In this document: one piece after another, positions 49,568 through 60,209 of the stretch | How the letters are laid out: each line of letters opens with the position of its first letter | How positions within the stretch are numbered: position 1 is the stretch's first letter | From: Parcubacteria group bacterium | Lineage (GTDB): Bacteria; Patescibacteriota; Minisyncoccia; Phycocordibacterales; CSBR16-119 | NCBI GenBank assembly: GCA_943356745.1 | Contig: CALRFT010000001.1 | Span: 207,193 to 271,192 of the forward strand | Direction: 5' to 3' | Length of the DNA stretch: 64,000 nucleotides | The notes under the pieces: generated by a model | Told to the model about the DNA's origin: nothing | The model's input: only the letters and a program-made list of their open reading frames with translations | Database searches by the model: none | Translations under genes and position numbers: made by a program

Positions 49568-49912
49568 TTAGAGCATTTTCACATCAACCTCTACACCTGA
49601 TGGCAGGTTTAGATTTGTTAATGCTTCGATAGTCTTTTGGTTTGGATTGATAATATCAATCAAACGCTTATGAATTCTCATCTCAAATTGCTCTCGTGAA
49701 TCCTTATACACGAATGTAGCTCGGTTCACAGTATACTTCTTGATTTCAGTTGGTAGTGGAACTGGTCCTACTACTTGTGCGTCATGTCGTACAGCAGTAT
49801 CAATGATCTGCTTTACTGATGCATCCAAAATTTTACTTTCGTATGCTCGCACTCTGATTCGAAGTTTAACAGCCCCGTCCTTTTTGGCTGATTTTTTTTC
49901 TGTTGTTGCCAT
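49568..49912 (-). CDS. rpsJ: 30S ribosomal protein uS10
   Basis: [45 protein letters not shown] core; start set at MATTEKK (the ORF could begin at 49939). Confidence 0.88.
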   Translation of the reverse strand: MATTEKKSAKKDGAVKLRIRVRAYESKILDASVKQIIDTAVRHDAQVVGPVPLPTEIKKYTVNRATFVYKDSREQFEMRIHKRLIDIINPNQKTIEALTNLNLPSGVEVDVKML

Positions 49913-49968
49913 AGAGAACTGGCTTTGTATACGTAACACTTGAAAGTATTACATACCCAAAGGTGTTA

Positions 49969-51165
49969 TTACTTAATGATTCTAGTTACAACACCTGCAC
50001 CAACTGTTCGACCTCCTTCTCGGATAGCGAACCGTTGCTGATCCTCAAGTGCAACTGGAGCTACAAGCTTCACTGTAAGTTTAACTGTATCTCCTGGCAT
50101 AACCATTTCTGTTCCTGCTGGAAGAGTTGCTTCTCCAGTTACGTCTGTAGTTCGGATGTAGAACTGTGGCTTGTAACCAGTGAAGAATGGAGTGTGTCGT
50201 CCTCCTTCATCTTTTGAAAGTACGTATACTTCACATTCAAATTCTGAGTGTGGAGTTACAGATCCTGCGATTGCAAGAACTTGTCCTCGGTGTACGTCTT
50301 CTTTCTTAAGACCTCGAAGAAGAAGTCCAGCATTGTCTCCTGCCATACCTTGGTCAAGTGACTTGTTGAACATTTCTACTCCTGTAACTGTTGTCTTCTT
50401 TGTATCTTCAAGTCCAACAATTTCAATTTCTTGTCCAACTTTAATGATTCCTCGTTCAATTTTTCCTGTTACTACTGTTCCTCGTCCTTCAATAGAGAAG
50501 ATATCTTCTACTGGCATAAGGAATGGCTTATCAAGATCTCGAACTGGTGTTGGGAAGTAAGTGTCCATTGCGTTAACAAGTTCCATTACTTTTTGTGACC
50601 ACTTGTCGTTGATGTCAGATGATTCAAGAGCTTTAAGAGCTGAACCTTGGATCACTGGAGCGTTTGCTCCATCAAATTCATATTTCTTGAGAAGATCTCG
50701 AAGTTCTTCTTCAACCAACATGATCATTTCTTCATCGTCAACCATATCGCACTTGTTCAAGAATACGATAAGTGATGGCACACCAACTTGCTTAGCAAGA
50801 AGAATGTGTTCTCGTGTTTGTGGCATAGCTCCATCTGTTGCAGCTACTACGATTACAGCACCGTCCATTTGAGCAGCTCCTGTAATCATGTTTTTAATGT
50901 AGTCCGCGTGACCTGGCGCATCGATGTGTGCGTAGTGTCGAGTTGGAGTCCAGTACTCGTTGTGAGAAAGCGCGATAGTAATTCCTCGTGCTTTTTCTTC
51001 TGGAGCTTTGTCGATTTCATCAACAGCTTTTACGTTTGACCCGTATCCATTTCCCGCAAGATTGAGGGTATGTAGGATAGCAGCTGTCAAAGTTGTTTTA
51101 CCATGGTCTACGTGACCAATTGTTCCCACGTTTACGTGTGGTTTACTTCGATCGAAGTTTGACAT
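49969..51165 (-). CDS. tuf: Elongation factor Tu
   Basis: 398 aa; [25 protein letters not shown] motifs. Confidence 0.97.
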   Translation of the reverse strand: MSNFDRSKPHVNVGTIGHVDHGKTTLTAAILHTLNLAGNGYGSNVKAVDEIDKAPEEKARGITIALSHNEYWTPTRHYAHIDAPGHADYIKNMITGAAQMDGAVIVVAATDGAMPQTREHILLAKQVGVPSLIVFLNKCDMVDDEEMIMLVEEELRDLLKKYEFDGANAPVIQGSALKALESSDINDKWSQKVMELVNAMDTYFPTPVRDLDKPFLMPVEDIFSIEGRGTVVTGKIERGIIKVGQEIEIVGLEDTKKTTVTGVEMFNKSLDQGMAGDNAGLLLRGLKKEDVHRGQVLAIAGSVTPHSEFECEVYVLSKDEGGRHTPFFTGYKPQFYIRTTDVTGEATLPAGTEMVMPGDTVKLTVKLVAPVALEDQQRFAIREGGRTVGAGVVTRIIK

Positions 51166-51282
51166 ACTTTAAAAAACTCGTGATTGACCGTTCGGCAAGG
51201 AAAAAGAACATCCAAAAAGCCCATCACGTTATTAAATAACACGCACTTCCTTAGAGTGCACATTACATATATTTACTAGTAA

Positions 51283-51329
51283 TTTATATGCATAAAGCAT
51301 ATTAATTCCTTTATTTATAAGGAATTAAT
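51283..51329. promoter_or_regulatory. Two adjacent perfect palindromes (ATATGC-ataaa-GCATAT and ATTAATTCCTT-tatttat-AAGGAATTAAT) ~120-180 nt upstream of tuf
   Basis: Seen directly in sequence; function unknown. Confidence 0.3.
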
Positions 51330-51466
51330 AATCGCACCACACAAGCTCCGTCGAACTTGAGTCATTTTCACATAGTGAGAAAAGACGGCACGATTACGAA
51401 GACATACTAACCCGAACGAAGTGATAAGTCAAGAAAAAATCCCTCGTGTATATGAGGGATTTTTTC

Positions 51467-51733
51467 TTATCGTATATAGTTTTCGTAACTTGAATACTCG
51501 TAATTGTAATGAAGTGCAAAATCTTCAAAATGTGGCATGTAGGTATTAATAAATTCCTGGTTTTCTTTTGATATAGAAGCACCTGATTTTGTTGTCACTT
51601 GTGTATCGAGTCGATTTGTTCTAAAAGATCTCCCTTCTCCAAGACTGATGAACATAAGGAAGAAAGTTGCAAAACCAACAAGCACAAAAGCACTTGATCC
51701 AACATGTTGTTTTGTGTTTGCTTTCTTTTTCAT
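51467..51733 (-). CDS. Hypothetical small membrane protein between fusA and tuf
   Basis: 88 aa with one TM helix; hairpin AATCCCTC-ata-tacac-GAGGGATT plus T-run at ~51433-51462 downstream. Confidence 0.35.
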   Translation of the reverse strand: MKKKANTKQHVGSSAFVLVGFATFFLMFISLGEGRSFRTNRLDTQVTTKSGASISKENQEFINTYMPHFEDFALHYNYEYSSYENYIR

Positions 51734-51813
51734 ATCTATATTATAAACCTAAACATAAAAGAAAACTGTGCAAAACAAAAAATCCGCCTTAGCGGATTTT
51801 TTGTTGAGTGGTA

Positions 51814-53952
51814 TTACCCAGCTCGTTTCTTTGCAATTTCATCTGCAATATTTTGTGGTACCACATCATATCGTGCAAATTCCATTGTGAAGTTTCCTCG
51901 TCCTGAAGTCATTGATCGAAGTTGGTTCATGTAACCGAACATTGATGACAATGGTACAACTCCTTTTACAGCTTGTACTAGTCCTCGTGATTCTGTTCCT
52001 TCTACAAGTCCTCGCTTTGATGCAATGTCTCCTGTAACGTCTCCGATGTATTCATCTGGAACAATAACTTCTACGGCCATCATAGGCTCAAGAAGTACAG
52101 GTCGCGCTTTTCGAGCAGCTTCTTGAAATGCTTGTGATGAAGCAATCTTGAAAGCAATTTCTGAAGAGTCCACATCGTGGTATGACCCATCGTATAGATC
52201 TACAGAAATATTTGTCATTGGGTATCCCGCAACAACTCCTCGTTCCATTCCTTCTTTGAATCCTTTCACACAAGCTGGAACATATTCGTTTGGAATAACT
52301 CCACCTTTAATACTGTTAATGAATTCAAATCCTTCTTCACGAATAATGTTCTTTGGAGCTTCTTCGTTAGTTGGAGTGTAAGGATTAAGCTTGATTTTAA
52401 CGTGTCCATATTGTCCACGTCCTCCTGTTTGCTTGATGTATTTCACTTCTGATTCAGCATTCGCTTGAATTGTTTCTCGGTATGCTACTTGTGGTGCTCC
52501 CACGTTTGCTTCAACACTAAATTCTCGCTTCATACGATCCACGATAATTTCAAGGTGAAGTTCTCCCATACCAGAAATTACTGTATCTCCTGTTTCAGCA
52601 TCAGAACTTACTTTGAAAGTTGGGTCTTCTGCAGCAAGTCGTCCAAGCGCAACTCCCATCTTTTCTTGATCAGCCTTAGTCTTTGGTTCAATCTTAAGAG
52701 ATACCACAGGTTCTGGGAATTCAATTTCATCCAAGATAACTGGATTATCGATTGCACAAAGTGTGTCTGACGTTCGAACGTCTTTAAGTCCTACAGCAGC
52801 AGCAATTTCTCCTGCGTACACATGTTTTACTTCTTCCCGTTCGTTTGCGTGCATTCGAAGGATTCGTCCAATTCGTTCTTTATCTCCTGTTCGTGGATTA
52901 TATACATATGATCCAGCTTCAAGAGTTCCTGAATATACTCGGAAGAATGTAAGTTGTCCTACGAATGGGTCTGTTGCGATTTTGAATGCAAGTGCAGCAA
53001 GTGGTTCCGAATCAGATGCAAGTCTTTGTACTTCTTCACCTGTTGATACATCTTTTCCTTTTACTGGAGGAATATCTGTTGGTGCTGGAAGATAATCGAT
53101 CACACCATCGAGAACGAGTTGTACTCCTTTGTTTCGAAGAGCTGTACCAGTAAATACTGGAACAAGGTCGTTTGCGATTGTTGCTTTTCGAGCAATCTTC
53201 TTAAGTTCATCAATAGAGATTTCTTCTCCTGCAAGATATCGTTCCATTGCAGTTTCATCATTTTCAACAATTCGTTCAACAAGTTCTGCATGATATTTGT
53301 CAGCTTCTGCTTTCATTTCAGCTGGAATTTCTTGTTCAACAATTTGGTTTCCCATGTCTCCTTCGAAAGTATATGCTTTCATTTTAAGAAGATCGATAAC
53401 TCCCTTCATGTCTCCCTCCTCTCCCCATGGAAGTTGGAATCGACATGCCTTTGGTGTAAGTCGGTTGATGATTGAAGCATAACTTCGTTCAAACGAAGCA
53501 CCTGTTCGATCGATTTTGTTAATGAAACAAATTCGTGGAACCTTATACTTGTCAGCTTGTCGCCATACAGTTTCTGATTGTGGTTCTACTCCTGCTACTC
53601 CGTCGAATACTGTAACAGCACCGTCAAGCACCTTGAGAGATCGCTCTACTTCAGCTGTAAAGTCTACGTGTCCTGGTGTATCGATAATATTGAAACGATG
53701 CTTCATTGAAGTATCAGCTCCTTTATATGTCGGGTTCCAAAAACAAGTAATCGCAGCAGCAGTAATTGTAATACCTCGTTCTTTTTCTTGTTCCATCCAG
53801 TCAGTTGTTGCTTGACCGTCGTGAACTTCTCCAATCTTGTGTGACATACCTGTGTAATACAGGATACGTTCTGATGTGGTAGTTTTACCAGCATCGATGT
53901 GAGCGATAATACCGAAATTTCGTACTCGCCCTAGTGGATAATCTCGAGACAT
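51814..53952 (-). CDS. fusA: Elongation factor G
   Basis: 712 aa; [28 protein letters not shown] and the five EF-G domains. Confidence 0.97.
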   Translation of the reverse strand: MSRDYPLGRVRNFGIIAHIDAGKTTTSERILYYTGMSHKIGEVHDGQATTDWMEQEKERGITITAAAITCFWNPTYKGADTSMKHRFNIIDTPGHVDFTAEVERSLKVLDGAVTVFDGVAGVEPQSETVWRQADKYKVPRICFINKIDRTGASFERSYASIINRLTPKACRFQLPWGEEGDMKGVIDLLKMKAYTFEGDMGNQIVEQEIPAEMKAEADKYHAELVERIVENDETAMERYLAGEEISIDELKKIARKATIANDLVPVFTGTALRNKGVQLVLDGVIDYLPAPTDIPPVKGKDVSTGEEVQRLASDSEPLAALAFKIATDPFVGQLTFFRVYSGTLEAGSYVYNPRTGDKERIGRILRMHANEREEVKHVYAGEIAAAVGLKDVRTSDTLCAIDNPVILDEIEFPEPVVSLKIEPKTKADQEKMGVALGRLAAEDPTFKVSSDAETGDTVISGMGELHLEIIVDRMKREFSVEANVGAPQVAYRETIQANAESEVKYIKQTGGRGQYGHVKIKLNPYTPTNEEAPKNIIREEGFEFINSIKGGVIPNEYVPACVKGFKEGMERGVVAGYPMTNISVDLYDGSYHDVDSSEIAFKIASSQAFQEAARKARPVLLEPMMAVEVIVPDEYIGDVTGDIASKRGLVEGTESRGLVQAVKGVVPLSSMFGYMNQLRSMTSGRGNFTMEFARYDVVPQNIADEIAKKRAG

Positions 53953-53993
53953 AATGTATTAAATCTAATGTAATAAAAAGTAATGTATATATC

Positions 53994-54464
53994 TTACCAC
54001 GCAAGGTGAGCAAATGCTTTGTTTGCTTCTGCCATTTTGTGTGTATCGTCTTTCTTCTTAACAGCTGAACCTTCGTTGTTGTATGCTGCAATAAGTTCTT
54101 CAGCGATGGCTTTATCCATTGATGTTCCCTTTCGTGATCGAGCAGCATCTACAATCCATCGCATTGCAAGAGTAACCCGTCGTTCCGCTCGAACTTCTCG
54201 TGGAACTTGGTAATTTGCCCCTCCCACTCTTCGTGATCGTACTTCAACTGATGGTGAAGCGTTCTTAAGAGCGATATCAAATACTTCTAATGGATTTGGG
54301 TTCTTTGTCTTTTCTTTAATTCTTTCAAAAGAACCATATACTACTTTTCGTGCTACCTCTTTCTTTCCGTCTTGCATTATGTAGTTAATGAATCGAGAAA
54401 GTTTTACTGAGTTGTATGCTGAATCAGCAACAACTTCATGTTTATTCTTAATTGGTCGTCGCAT
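53994..54464 (-). CDS. rpsG: 30S ribosomal protein uS7
   Basis: 156 aa; matches the S7 family. Confidence 0.92.
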   Translation of the reverse strand: MRRPIKNKHEVVADSAYNSVKLSRFINYIMQDGKKEVARKVVYGSFERIKEKTKNPNPLEVFDIALKNASPSVEVRSRRVGGANYQVPREVRAERRVTLAMRWIVDAARSRKGTSMDKAIAEELIAAYNNEGSAVKKKDDTHKMAEANKAFAHLAW

Positions 54465-54467
54465 ATA

Positions 54468-54887
54468 TTATTTTGCAGCCTTAGGCTTCTTAACTCCGTA
54501 TTTAGATCGACTTTGTGATCGCTTCTTCACACCTTCAGCATCGAGAACTCCTCGTACTACTGTGTATCGAACTCCGATCAAGTCTTTTACTCGACCACCT
54601 CGAAGAAGAACAACTGAGTGTTCTTGCAAATTGTGTCCCATACCTGGGATATATGCAGTAACTTCCATTCCGTTTGTAAGTCGAACTCGGGCAATCTTTC
54701 GAAGCGCTGAGTTTGGCTTTTTTGGAGTGGTTGTTGTTACCTTTGTACATACTCCTCGTTTAAAAGGAGATGCGAATCGTGTTGGTTTGTTCTCAAGAGA
54801 GTTGAATCCTCGTGACAACGCAACAGCACTTTTTCGTCGCGTTACCTTTGTTCGGCCACGCTTAATAAGTTGATTTGTTGTTGGCAT
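54468..54887 (-). CDS. rpsL: 30S ribosomal protein uS12
   Basis: 139 aa; [12 protein letters not shown]...[10 protein letters not shown]. Confidence 0.95.
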   Translation of the reverse strand: MPTTNQLIKRGRTKVTRRKSAVALSRGFNSLENKPTRFASPFKRGVCTKVTTTTPKKPNSALRKIARVRLTNGMEVTAYIPGMGHNLQEHSVVLLRGGRVKDLIGVRYTVVRGVLDAEGVKKRSQSRSKYGVKKPKAAK

Positions 54888-55090
54888 AATTTGTGTGTTT
54901 AGTATTACGCTTTCATGTCACCATGAAGCCCACTATTCACCCCGCTGTGCGGAATTACTCCTAACTGGTAATACATTTCATTGATTTTCTTTCGACGGAA
55001 AACCAAGTGAAATAAAAAACACTCCTTATAAAAAGAAGTGAATTTCAAAGAAGAGATTACCACGACTATTGAATAAAAGCAAGATTTTTC

Positions 55091-55693
55091 CTAAGAAACC
55101 AAGATTTCAAAAAGTCTTGAGATTACAGGAGAAATAAACTGCCACCCATAAAGAATAAAGACAATAAGTACAATGAAAGAATACCGCTCAATTACTGCTA
55201 CATATTTCTCATATCGATGCGGGACAAAAGCAAGAATTATCTTTGATCCATCAAGTGGCGGGATTGGAACAAGGTTAAACACAGTCAAAACAATATTAGT
55301 AACAACAATCATATAGACAATAGAAAGTGCATTTTCAGAAAGTGGAACAAATTGAGCAATAAGCCCAAAAATAACAGCAATTGTAATGTTTGTTAACACT
55401 CCAGCAATCGCAACCCAAATCTTGCCCCATACCTGATTTCGAAGGTTGTCTGGATTGTATGGAACCGGCTTTGCCCAGCCAATCACAAAACCTGCCCCAG
55501 AAAGAATTAAAAAGAGAGGAATCAGTATAGAACCCCATAAATCAAGGTGTTTTATAGGATTAAAGGTCAAACGTCCGGCGTATAAAGCCGTCTTGTCACC
55601 TTGAGATAAAGCAGCATACCCATGAGCCATTTCATGGAGAATCACCGAAACGAGTAATATTGCTATATAGAAAAATGATGTAAGTTCTTGCAT
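55091..55693 (-). CDS. M50-family (site-2 protease-like) membrane metalloprotease
   Basis: 200 aa; HExxH in a TM helix (ILHEMAHGYAA); downstream LDG motif (PIPPLDGSKI). Confidence 0.75.
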   Translation of the reverse strand: MQELTSFFYIAILLVSVILHEMAHGYAALSQGDKTALYAGRLTFNPIKHLDLWGSILIPLFLILSGAGFVIGWAKPVPYNPDNLRNQVWGKIWVAIAGVLTNITIAVIFGLIAQFVPLSENALSIVYMIVVTNIVLTVFNLVPIPPLDGSKIILAFVPHRYEKYVAVIERYSFIVLIVFILYGWQFISPVISRLFEILVS

Positions 55694-55781
55694 AGTTTGT
55701 AATCATATGATAGCATAAAGCTCGTATTTCTTATACATTAATAATAAGCTCCTACCGAGCACGGTGGGTAACAAAAATACT

Positions 55782-56027
55782 ATGGCAAAAAAATGCGCAG
55801 TGACTGGTAAGTCATCTCAAGTAGCCGGACGATACACAAACCGTACTCGAGCAACTGAGTTCGTGTCTGGAGGAAAGCGACGACAATACGCAAACCTTCA
55901 AACAAAAACTGTATTCGTTCCTGAGACAGGAAAGAAGATTAAACTTACACTTTCAACAAAAGGAATTAAGGAAATCAATAAAAATGGTGCGTTCGTAACT
56001 TTGAAAAAAGCTGGACTCATCAAATAA
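55782..56027 (+). CDS. rpmB: 50S ribosomal protein bL28
   Basis: MAKKCAVTGKSSQVAGRYTNRTRATE...RRQYANLQTK matches L28; start set at MAKKC (the ORF-track ORF begins 18 nt upstream). Confidence 0.8.
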   Translation: MAKKCAVTGKSSQVAGRYTNRTRATEFVSGGKRRQYANLQTKTVFVPETGKKIKLTLSTKGIKEINKNGAFVTLKKAGLIK

Positions 56028-56109
56028 ACAAAAACCATCTCTTAGTATTAAGAGATGGTTTTTGTTTGACTCTTTTTCTCAAGGAGTATAATGTAATAGA
56101 AAAAGTACC

Positions 56110-56535
56110 ATGAATATACCTACAGACATCCCTCAAATCAAAAAAGCTCGGAAAGATAAAAGTCTCACCCTACTCAAAAAATGGGAAGATGTGTGGCGCG
56201 CAATCCACCCAGATATTAGAATCTACAACAATGAGAGCCAGGATTTTAAAAAACGACTACCCTTTGTTTGCGACAGGGGCTTGGAATTAAATGAGTCAGA
56301 TATACTAAGAATAGTATCATATAAAGATCTTTTCTATTATTGTTTTTTAAGCGGTGATAGGTGTTATGCCACTGCTGATATATATACTCCAGATGACGAA
56401 TTTTTCATAAATAATAATCTGAAAAGTCTACTAGAAGAATATAGGTGGAGCGGTATAATAAAAAGAATCATACAAGATATTGAAAACACTTATCTCAAAG
56501 TTCCTAAACCTCCAAAACAAAAAGCCTCTTCATGA
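56110..56535 (+). CDS. Hypothetical protein
   Basis: 141-aa ORF; bidirectional terminator AAGCCTC-ttcat-GAGGCTT at ~56520-56545. Confidence 0.4.
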   Translation: MNIPTDIPQIKKARKDKSLTLLKKWEDVWRAIHPDIRIYNNESQDFKKRLPFVCDRGLELNESDILRIVSYKDLFYYCFLSGDRCYATADIYTPDDEFFINNNLKSLLEEYRWSGIIKRIIQDIENTYLKVPKPPKQKASS

Positions 56536-56542
56536 GGCTTTT

Positions 56543-57406
56543 TTACTGTAAGAATAATTCTTTCCCATCTGTAAAAAATTGTATTGTTCCATTCTTTGTT
56601 TCAAATATCTTGGCACCTGATGCAAAAATTAAATCAATAACTTCTTGATGTGGGTGTCCATACCTGTTATCTTCCCCTGCGGAAATTACAACATAATCTG
56701 GGTTAACAACACTCAGAAACTTTTCTGATGTGGAAGTTTTTGATCCGTGATGACCAGCCTTCAAAACTTCTGAAGAAAGACCTTCTCCATACAAATACAC
56801 AAGATATTCTTCAACCATAGTTCCAGCATCACCCGTCAGCATAAATTCAATATCTCCATACACGAGCTGAAGCACTGTTGAAGCATCATTTCTTTCTAAA
56901 GAAGAAACATCTCCCTCAGGAAACAAAACCCGAATATACACACCATGTTCTTGATCAAGAATAATAGTATCTTCACTTGTAGCTTTTTTAATTATCGATT
57001 CTTCTTCTGTAATTTCTTTATTGTATTCTTCATAAATTGCAGTTGTTGAAGAACTTTGAGAATCATACACAGCAAGAATCTTATATCGATTGAGCACTTC
57101 TGGAAATCCTCCAATATGATCCTTGTCTGCGTGAGTTGGAATAATAATATCTATCGTTCTATCCCAAAATGACATAGTAGACCCGAGTTCATACACAACC
57201 GATGTATCAGGACCAGCATCCACAAGAACCTGTTTTCCATTTGGTGCTTCAATAAAAATTGCATCTCCCTGCCCTACATTAAAAAAAGAAACAACAAGAA
57301 AATCTCCTTGTTGTTTCTTATAGAGAAAAAGCAGTATGCCAATACCGAACAAAATACAGAAAAGAAAGATGAAAAAATTATTCCGCTGTTGAGATCTATT
57401 TTTCAT
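56543..57406 (-). CDS. ComEC-type metallo-beta-lactamase-fold domain protein (separately encoded C-terminal module of ComEC/Rec2) with N-terminal TM anchor
   Basis: 287 aa; MBL motif IIIPTHADKDHIGG plus downstream KAGHHGSKTS and GHPHQEV. Confidence 0.7.
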   Translation of the reverse strand: MKNRSQQRNNFFIFLFCILFGIGILLFLYKKQQGDFLVVSFFNVGQGDAIFIEAPNGKQVLVDAGPDTSVVYELGSTMSFWDRTIDIIIPTHADKDHIGGFPEVLNRYKILAVYDSQSSSTTAIYEEYNKEITEEESIIKKATSEDTIILDQEHGVYIRVLFPEGDVSSLERNDASTVLQLVYGDIEFMLTGDAGTMVEEYLVYLYGEGLSSEVLKAGHHGSKTSTSEKFLSVVNPDYVVISAGEDNRYGHPHQEVIDLIFASGAKIFETKNGTIQFFTDGKELFLQ

Positions 57407-57653
57407 ATTCTTCTATAATCTTACCAGCAACTTGCTCTGGAGTATAGTCGGCTGTATTAAGCGAAAGATGGAAATGATTTTTGTCGTGATGGTTTTCAAT
57501 TTCATAATACTCTCGATATCTTTCTTGTTCACACTTAAATCTTTCTTTAAGACCTTCTGAAAGAGATTTCGGTGTTTCGAATTTCTCAACATTTCTTGTT
57601 GGGTTTTTTTGGAAATCAGACCAAATTCTCTCAACGGCAATTTCATGATCCAC
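57396..57653 (-). pseudogene. cmk: Cytidylate kinase, C-terminal part (downstream of an in-frame TAA)
   Basis: Same frame as 57672..57956; the six codons FKVFLEV between the TAA and the Met also fit cmk. Confidence 0.55.
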
Positions 57654-57671
57654 TTCAAGAAAAACTTTGAA

Positions 57672-57956
57672 TTAGTTTGGTATTTTATACCAACCAAGTC
57701 TTGAATCAACAACAAATTGATTTTTCTCTCGACCATAACTTTCTTGAATCTGATCAATTTCTCTGTCTATTACTGAGTCACGCTTTTGAAGCTCACCTAA
57801 CTGAGCCAAAGAAATTCCTTTTCTTTTAGCGGTATCTCTTTGCATGTCACCCATTGAAAAATGTTGCCAACCTAATTTTTTGGCAACTATTTTTGCAACG
57901 GTCGATTTACCGCTTCCTGCTGTTCCAGCAATAGTAATAATTTGTTTGTTTTCCAT
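57672..57956 (-). pseudogene. cmk: Cytidylate kinase, N-terminal part (P-loop ITIAGTAGSGKST), ends at an in-frame TAA
   Basis: Hand translation: ...VVDSRLGWYKIPN-TAA-FKVFLEVDHEIAVERIWSDF... all in one frame; the two parts together span a cmk-length protein. Confidence 0.6.
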
Positions 57957-58013
57957 AGTATTCGATATTTAGTTTTGGTTGAATTTATTTTTGTTTAAGG
58001 TACCACAAGAGCA

Positions 58014-59498
58014 TCAAAACCGCAATATAACTTTTTTGTTCTTCCAAATCCAAATCAAAATACAAATATACAAAACAAGAACAAAAACAAGCGGAATATG
58101 TTTTATCACAACAGCAGAAAAAGAAAGTGAACCAAACCAATCAACAAGAGAAACAATATAGTGAAGTAATCCAAACGATATCCAAGAAATTGGATTTGAT
58201 CCAATATGAGTAATCATTTCCAAAAACCCAGAAAGTGCACCAATTCCCATAGCAAGAGGAATAAATGGCAAAATGAGCATATTAACCAAAGGCGCCACAA
58301 TCGAAAGAGTTCCTATCTTATACAAAAGAAACGGCAAAACTGTGATTTGAGTTGCGAGTGTTGACGCAAAAATTTCACGGAGAGCAAAACGTTCTGGAAA
58401 CAACCGGACGAACCTCCATCTTTCAACGAGCGGTGTTACCAAAATAAGTCCTAGTGTTGCAATAAAAGAAAGCTGAAAAGAAATGTCATACACCAAAGCA
58501 AAAGGATTTAAGAGAACCATAAGAAAACCAGCAAAAAATAAAGCTCTCACAATATCATAGTTTCTATTTGTTACTCGAGCCAAAAGACCAAGTAACCCCA
58601 TAATTCCAGCACGAACAGAAGTAGTTCCCGCTCCCGTCATGAGCACAAACAAAACAATTCCAAAAGAACCGAAAGAAAGTGCAAGTTTTTCAGGAAAAAA
58701 TCTTTGAAGACTTTTTACAATAGCTTCAGAAATAATAGTAATATTATAACCAGATAAAACAACAATATGAATTGTTCCTGTTGCAATAAATTTTTCTTCC
58801 AAGTCTTCATTGATTCCATTTTGAACACCAAGAAGAATTCCAGCCAAAAGTCCTTGCTGTGGCTCTGGTGTAACTCTTTGAATCGCATTCAAAAAACCAT
58901 GTTTTATCTGAATCAAAATTCTTTCAAGATGTTTCCCCGCTCGTGATTCAACCAAAGAAACCTGAGCGAAAGACATGGTAAACAAAATATTTTTATTTGC
59001 TAGATATTCAACATAGTTAAATTCTTTTCCTGTATCTGTAATAAAATTTTCTGGATAACGAATTTCTCCTTCAAGAGAAACTCTGTCACCTATTTCAAAT
59101 TCAGGATAACGTTCTGTCGAAACCAATATGTTTGCAGTGTGATTTTCAGATGAAACTTTTACAATCAAACGTTGATATGAATTATTGTATTCAGGTTCAT
59201 CGACAACAATTCCCTCGTACGAAGATTCCAAACCAAAAGATTGAAAAACTGCTTTGTGATGTAAATCTTTCATTTCAAAACGAACAATACCAAATACAAA
59301 ACAAAGAGAAAAAAGCATAATAAAAAGCGCATATACTCTTTGTGTTTGAAATAAAAATACACAAAAAGAAAATGCGCTGATTAGTATGAAAATCAAAACA
59401 GGAAAAGGAATATATAGCTCTGATCGAAGAAGCACTCCAAGTAGAAAAGAAATACAGACACCAAAAAAGAAAGTATCACTATACCTTGGATGCATCAT
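58014..59498 (-). CDS. comEC: ComEC/Rec2 DNA-uptake channel, membrane part (DUF4131 + competence domain), lacking the MBL domain
   Basis: 494 aa; N-terminal TM helices plus OB-like extracytoplasmic segment, then an ~8-TM competence domain. Confidence 0.8.
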   Translation of the reverse strand: MMHPRYSDTFFFGVCISFLLGVLLRSELYIPFPVLIFILISAFSFCVFLFQTQRVYALFIMLFSLCFVFGIVRFEMKDLHHKAVFQSFGLESSYEGIVVDEPEYNNSYQRLIVKVSSENHTANILVSTERYPEFEIGDRVSLEGEIRYPENFITDTGKEFNYVEYLANKNILFTMSFAQVSLVESRAGKHLERILIQIKHGFLNAIQRVTPEPQQGLLAGILLGVQNGINEDLEEKFIATGTIHIVVLSGYNITIISEAIVKSLQRFFPEKLALSFGSFGIVLFVLMTGAGTTSVRAGIMGLLGLLARVTNRNYDIVRALFFAGFLMVLLNPFALVYDISFQLSFIATLGLILVTPLVERWRFVRLFPERFALREIFASTLATQITVLPFLLYKIGTLSIVAPLVNMLILPFIPLAMGIGALSGFLEMITHIGSNPISWISFGLLHYIVSLVDWFGSLSFSAVVIKHIPLVFVLVLYICILIWIWKNKKVILRF

Positions 59499-59502
59499 AC
59501 GA

Positions 59503-60186
59503 TTATGAAAGAACTCCCCAATCCTGTAATATTTCTTGTTCGTTTTCTTGTGAGGTTGCTTTTCTAAATCTTGCCTGTTTTCCCTTTACAAAACTTTCAC
59601 ACTCTTTCCAGGTTGTAAATCGGTGAACCTTTCCATCAACAAGCGCAAGATATGAATATGCTTTTCCTCCATCTCCCTTTGCTTTTTTGGTTGTTGTACC
59701 AGTAAGCTTTGAAAGAGAAACTTTGTAGTCTTTTTCAAGTCCTTCAAACAAAGGAACTTTTTCTCCGCCTGCAAAAGAGTTTGCGATGGTATCAACTCTT
59801 TCATTTCCTGGAATTCCAACATGTCCTGCAACATGATGCCAGGTAATTTTTTTTGAAGAAGAAACCGAAACAAGTTGTTGCCACAAATCTTTATTCAAAA
59901 CTTCTGTTTTGTTTTTTGTAAGCCATCCGTTTCTTTGCCACCCAGAAACCCACTTTGTGATTCCATCAATCGTATATTTTGAATCAGTATAGATAGTGAT
60001 TTCTTCTGTTGATTGACCAACAAATTTTAAAGACTCGACAATGGCGGTCATTTCCATTCGATTATTTGTTGTGTGTTTTTCATACCCTCCAAGTTCTTGA
60101 ACTTTTTCTGTAATGCGAACAATAGCTCCCCAGCCACCTGGGCCAGGATTTCCTCGTGATGAGCCGTCTGTAAAAATAAGTATCAT
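59503..60186 (-). CDS. rnhA: Ribonuclease HI with C-terminal RNA-DNA hybrid-binding-domain-like extension
   Basis: N-terminus ILIFTDGSSRGNPGPGGWGAIV with the catalytic DEDD residues; C-terminal YSYLALVDGKVHRFTTWKECESFVKGKQARFRKATSQENE fits the HBD pattern W-x-E-C...A-x-F-K-K. Confidence 0.8.
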   Translation of the reverse strand: MILIFTDGSSRGNPGPGGWGAIVRITEKVQELGGYEKHTTNNRMEMTAIVESLKFVGQSTEEITIYTDSKYTIDGITKWVSGWQRNGWLTKNKTEVLNKDLWQQLVSVSSSKKITWHHVAGHVGIPGNERVDTIANSFAGGEKVPLFEGLEKDYKVSLSKLTGTTTKKAKGDGGKAYSYLALVDGKVHRFTTWKECESFVKGKQARFRKATSQENEQEILQDWGVLS

Positions 60187-60209
60187 AATGAATATTGTAT
60201 CATGAGCTT

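Noticed and set aside
44617-50872. Plus-strand ORFs antisense to ribosomal protein and EF-Tu genes (e.g. 44617..44994, 48928..49311, 50180..50560, 50561..50872)
   Set aside because: These are shadow ORFs on the opposite strand of highly conserved genes; they have skewed Ser/Arg/Pro-rich composition and no motifs.
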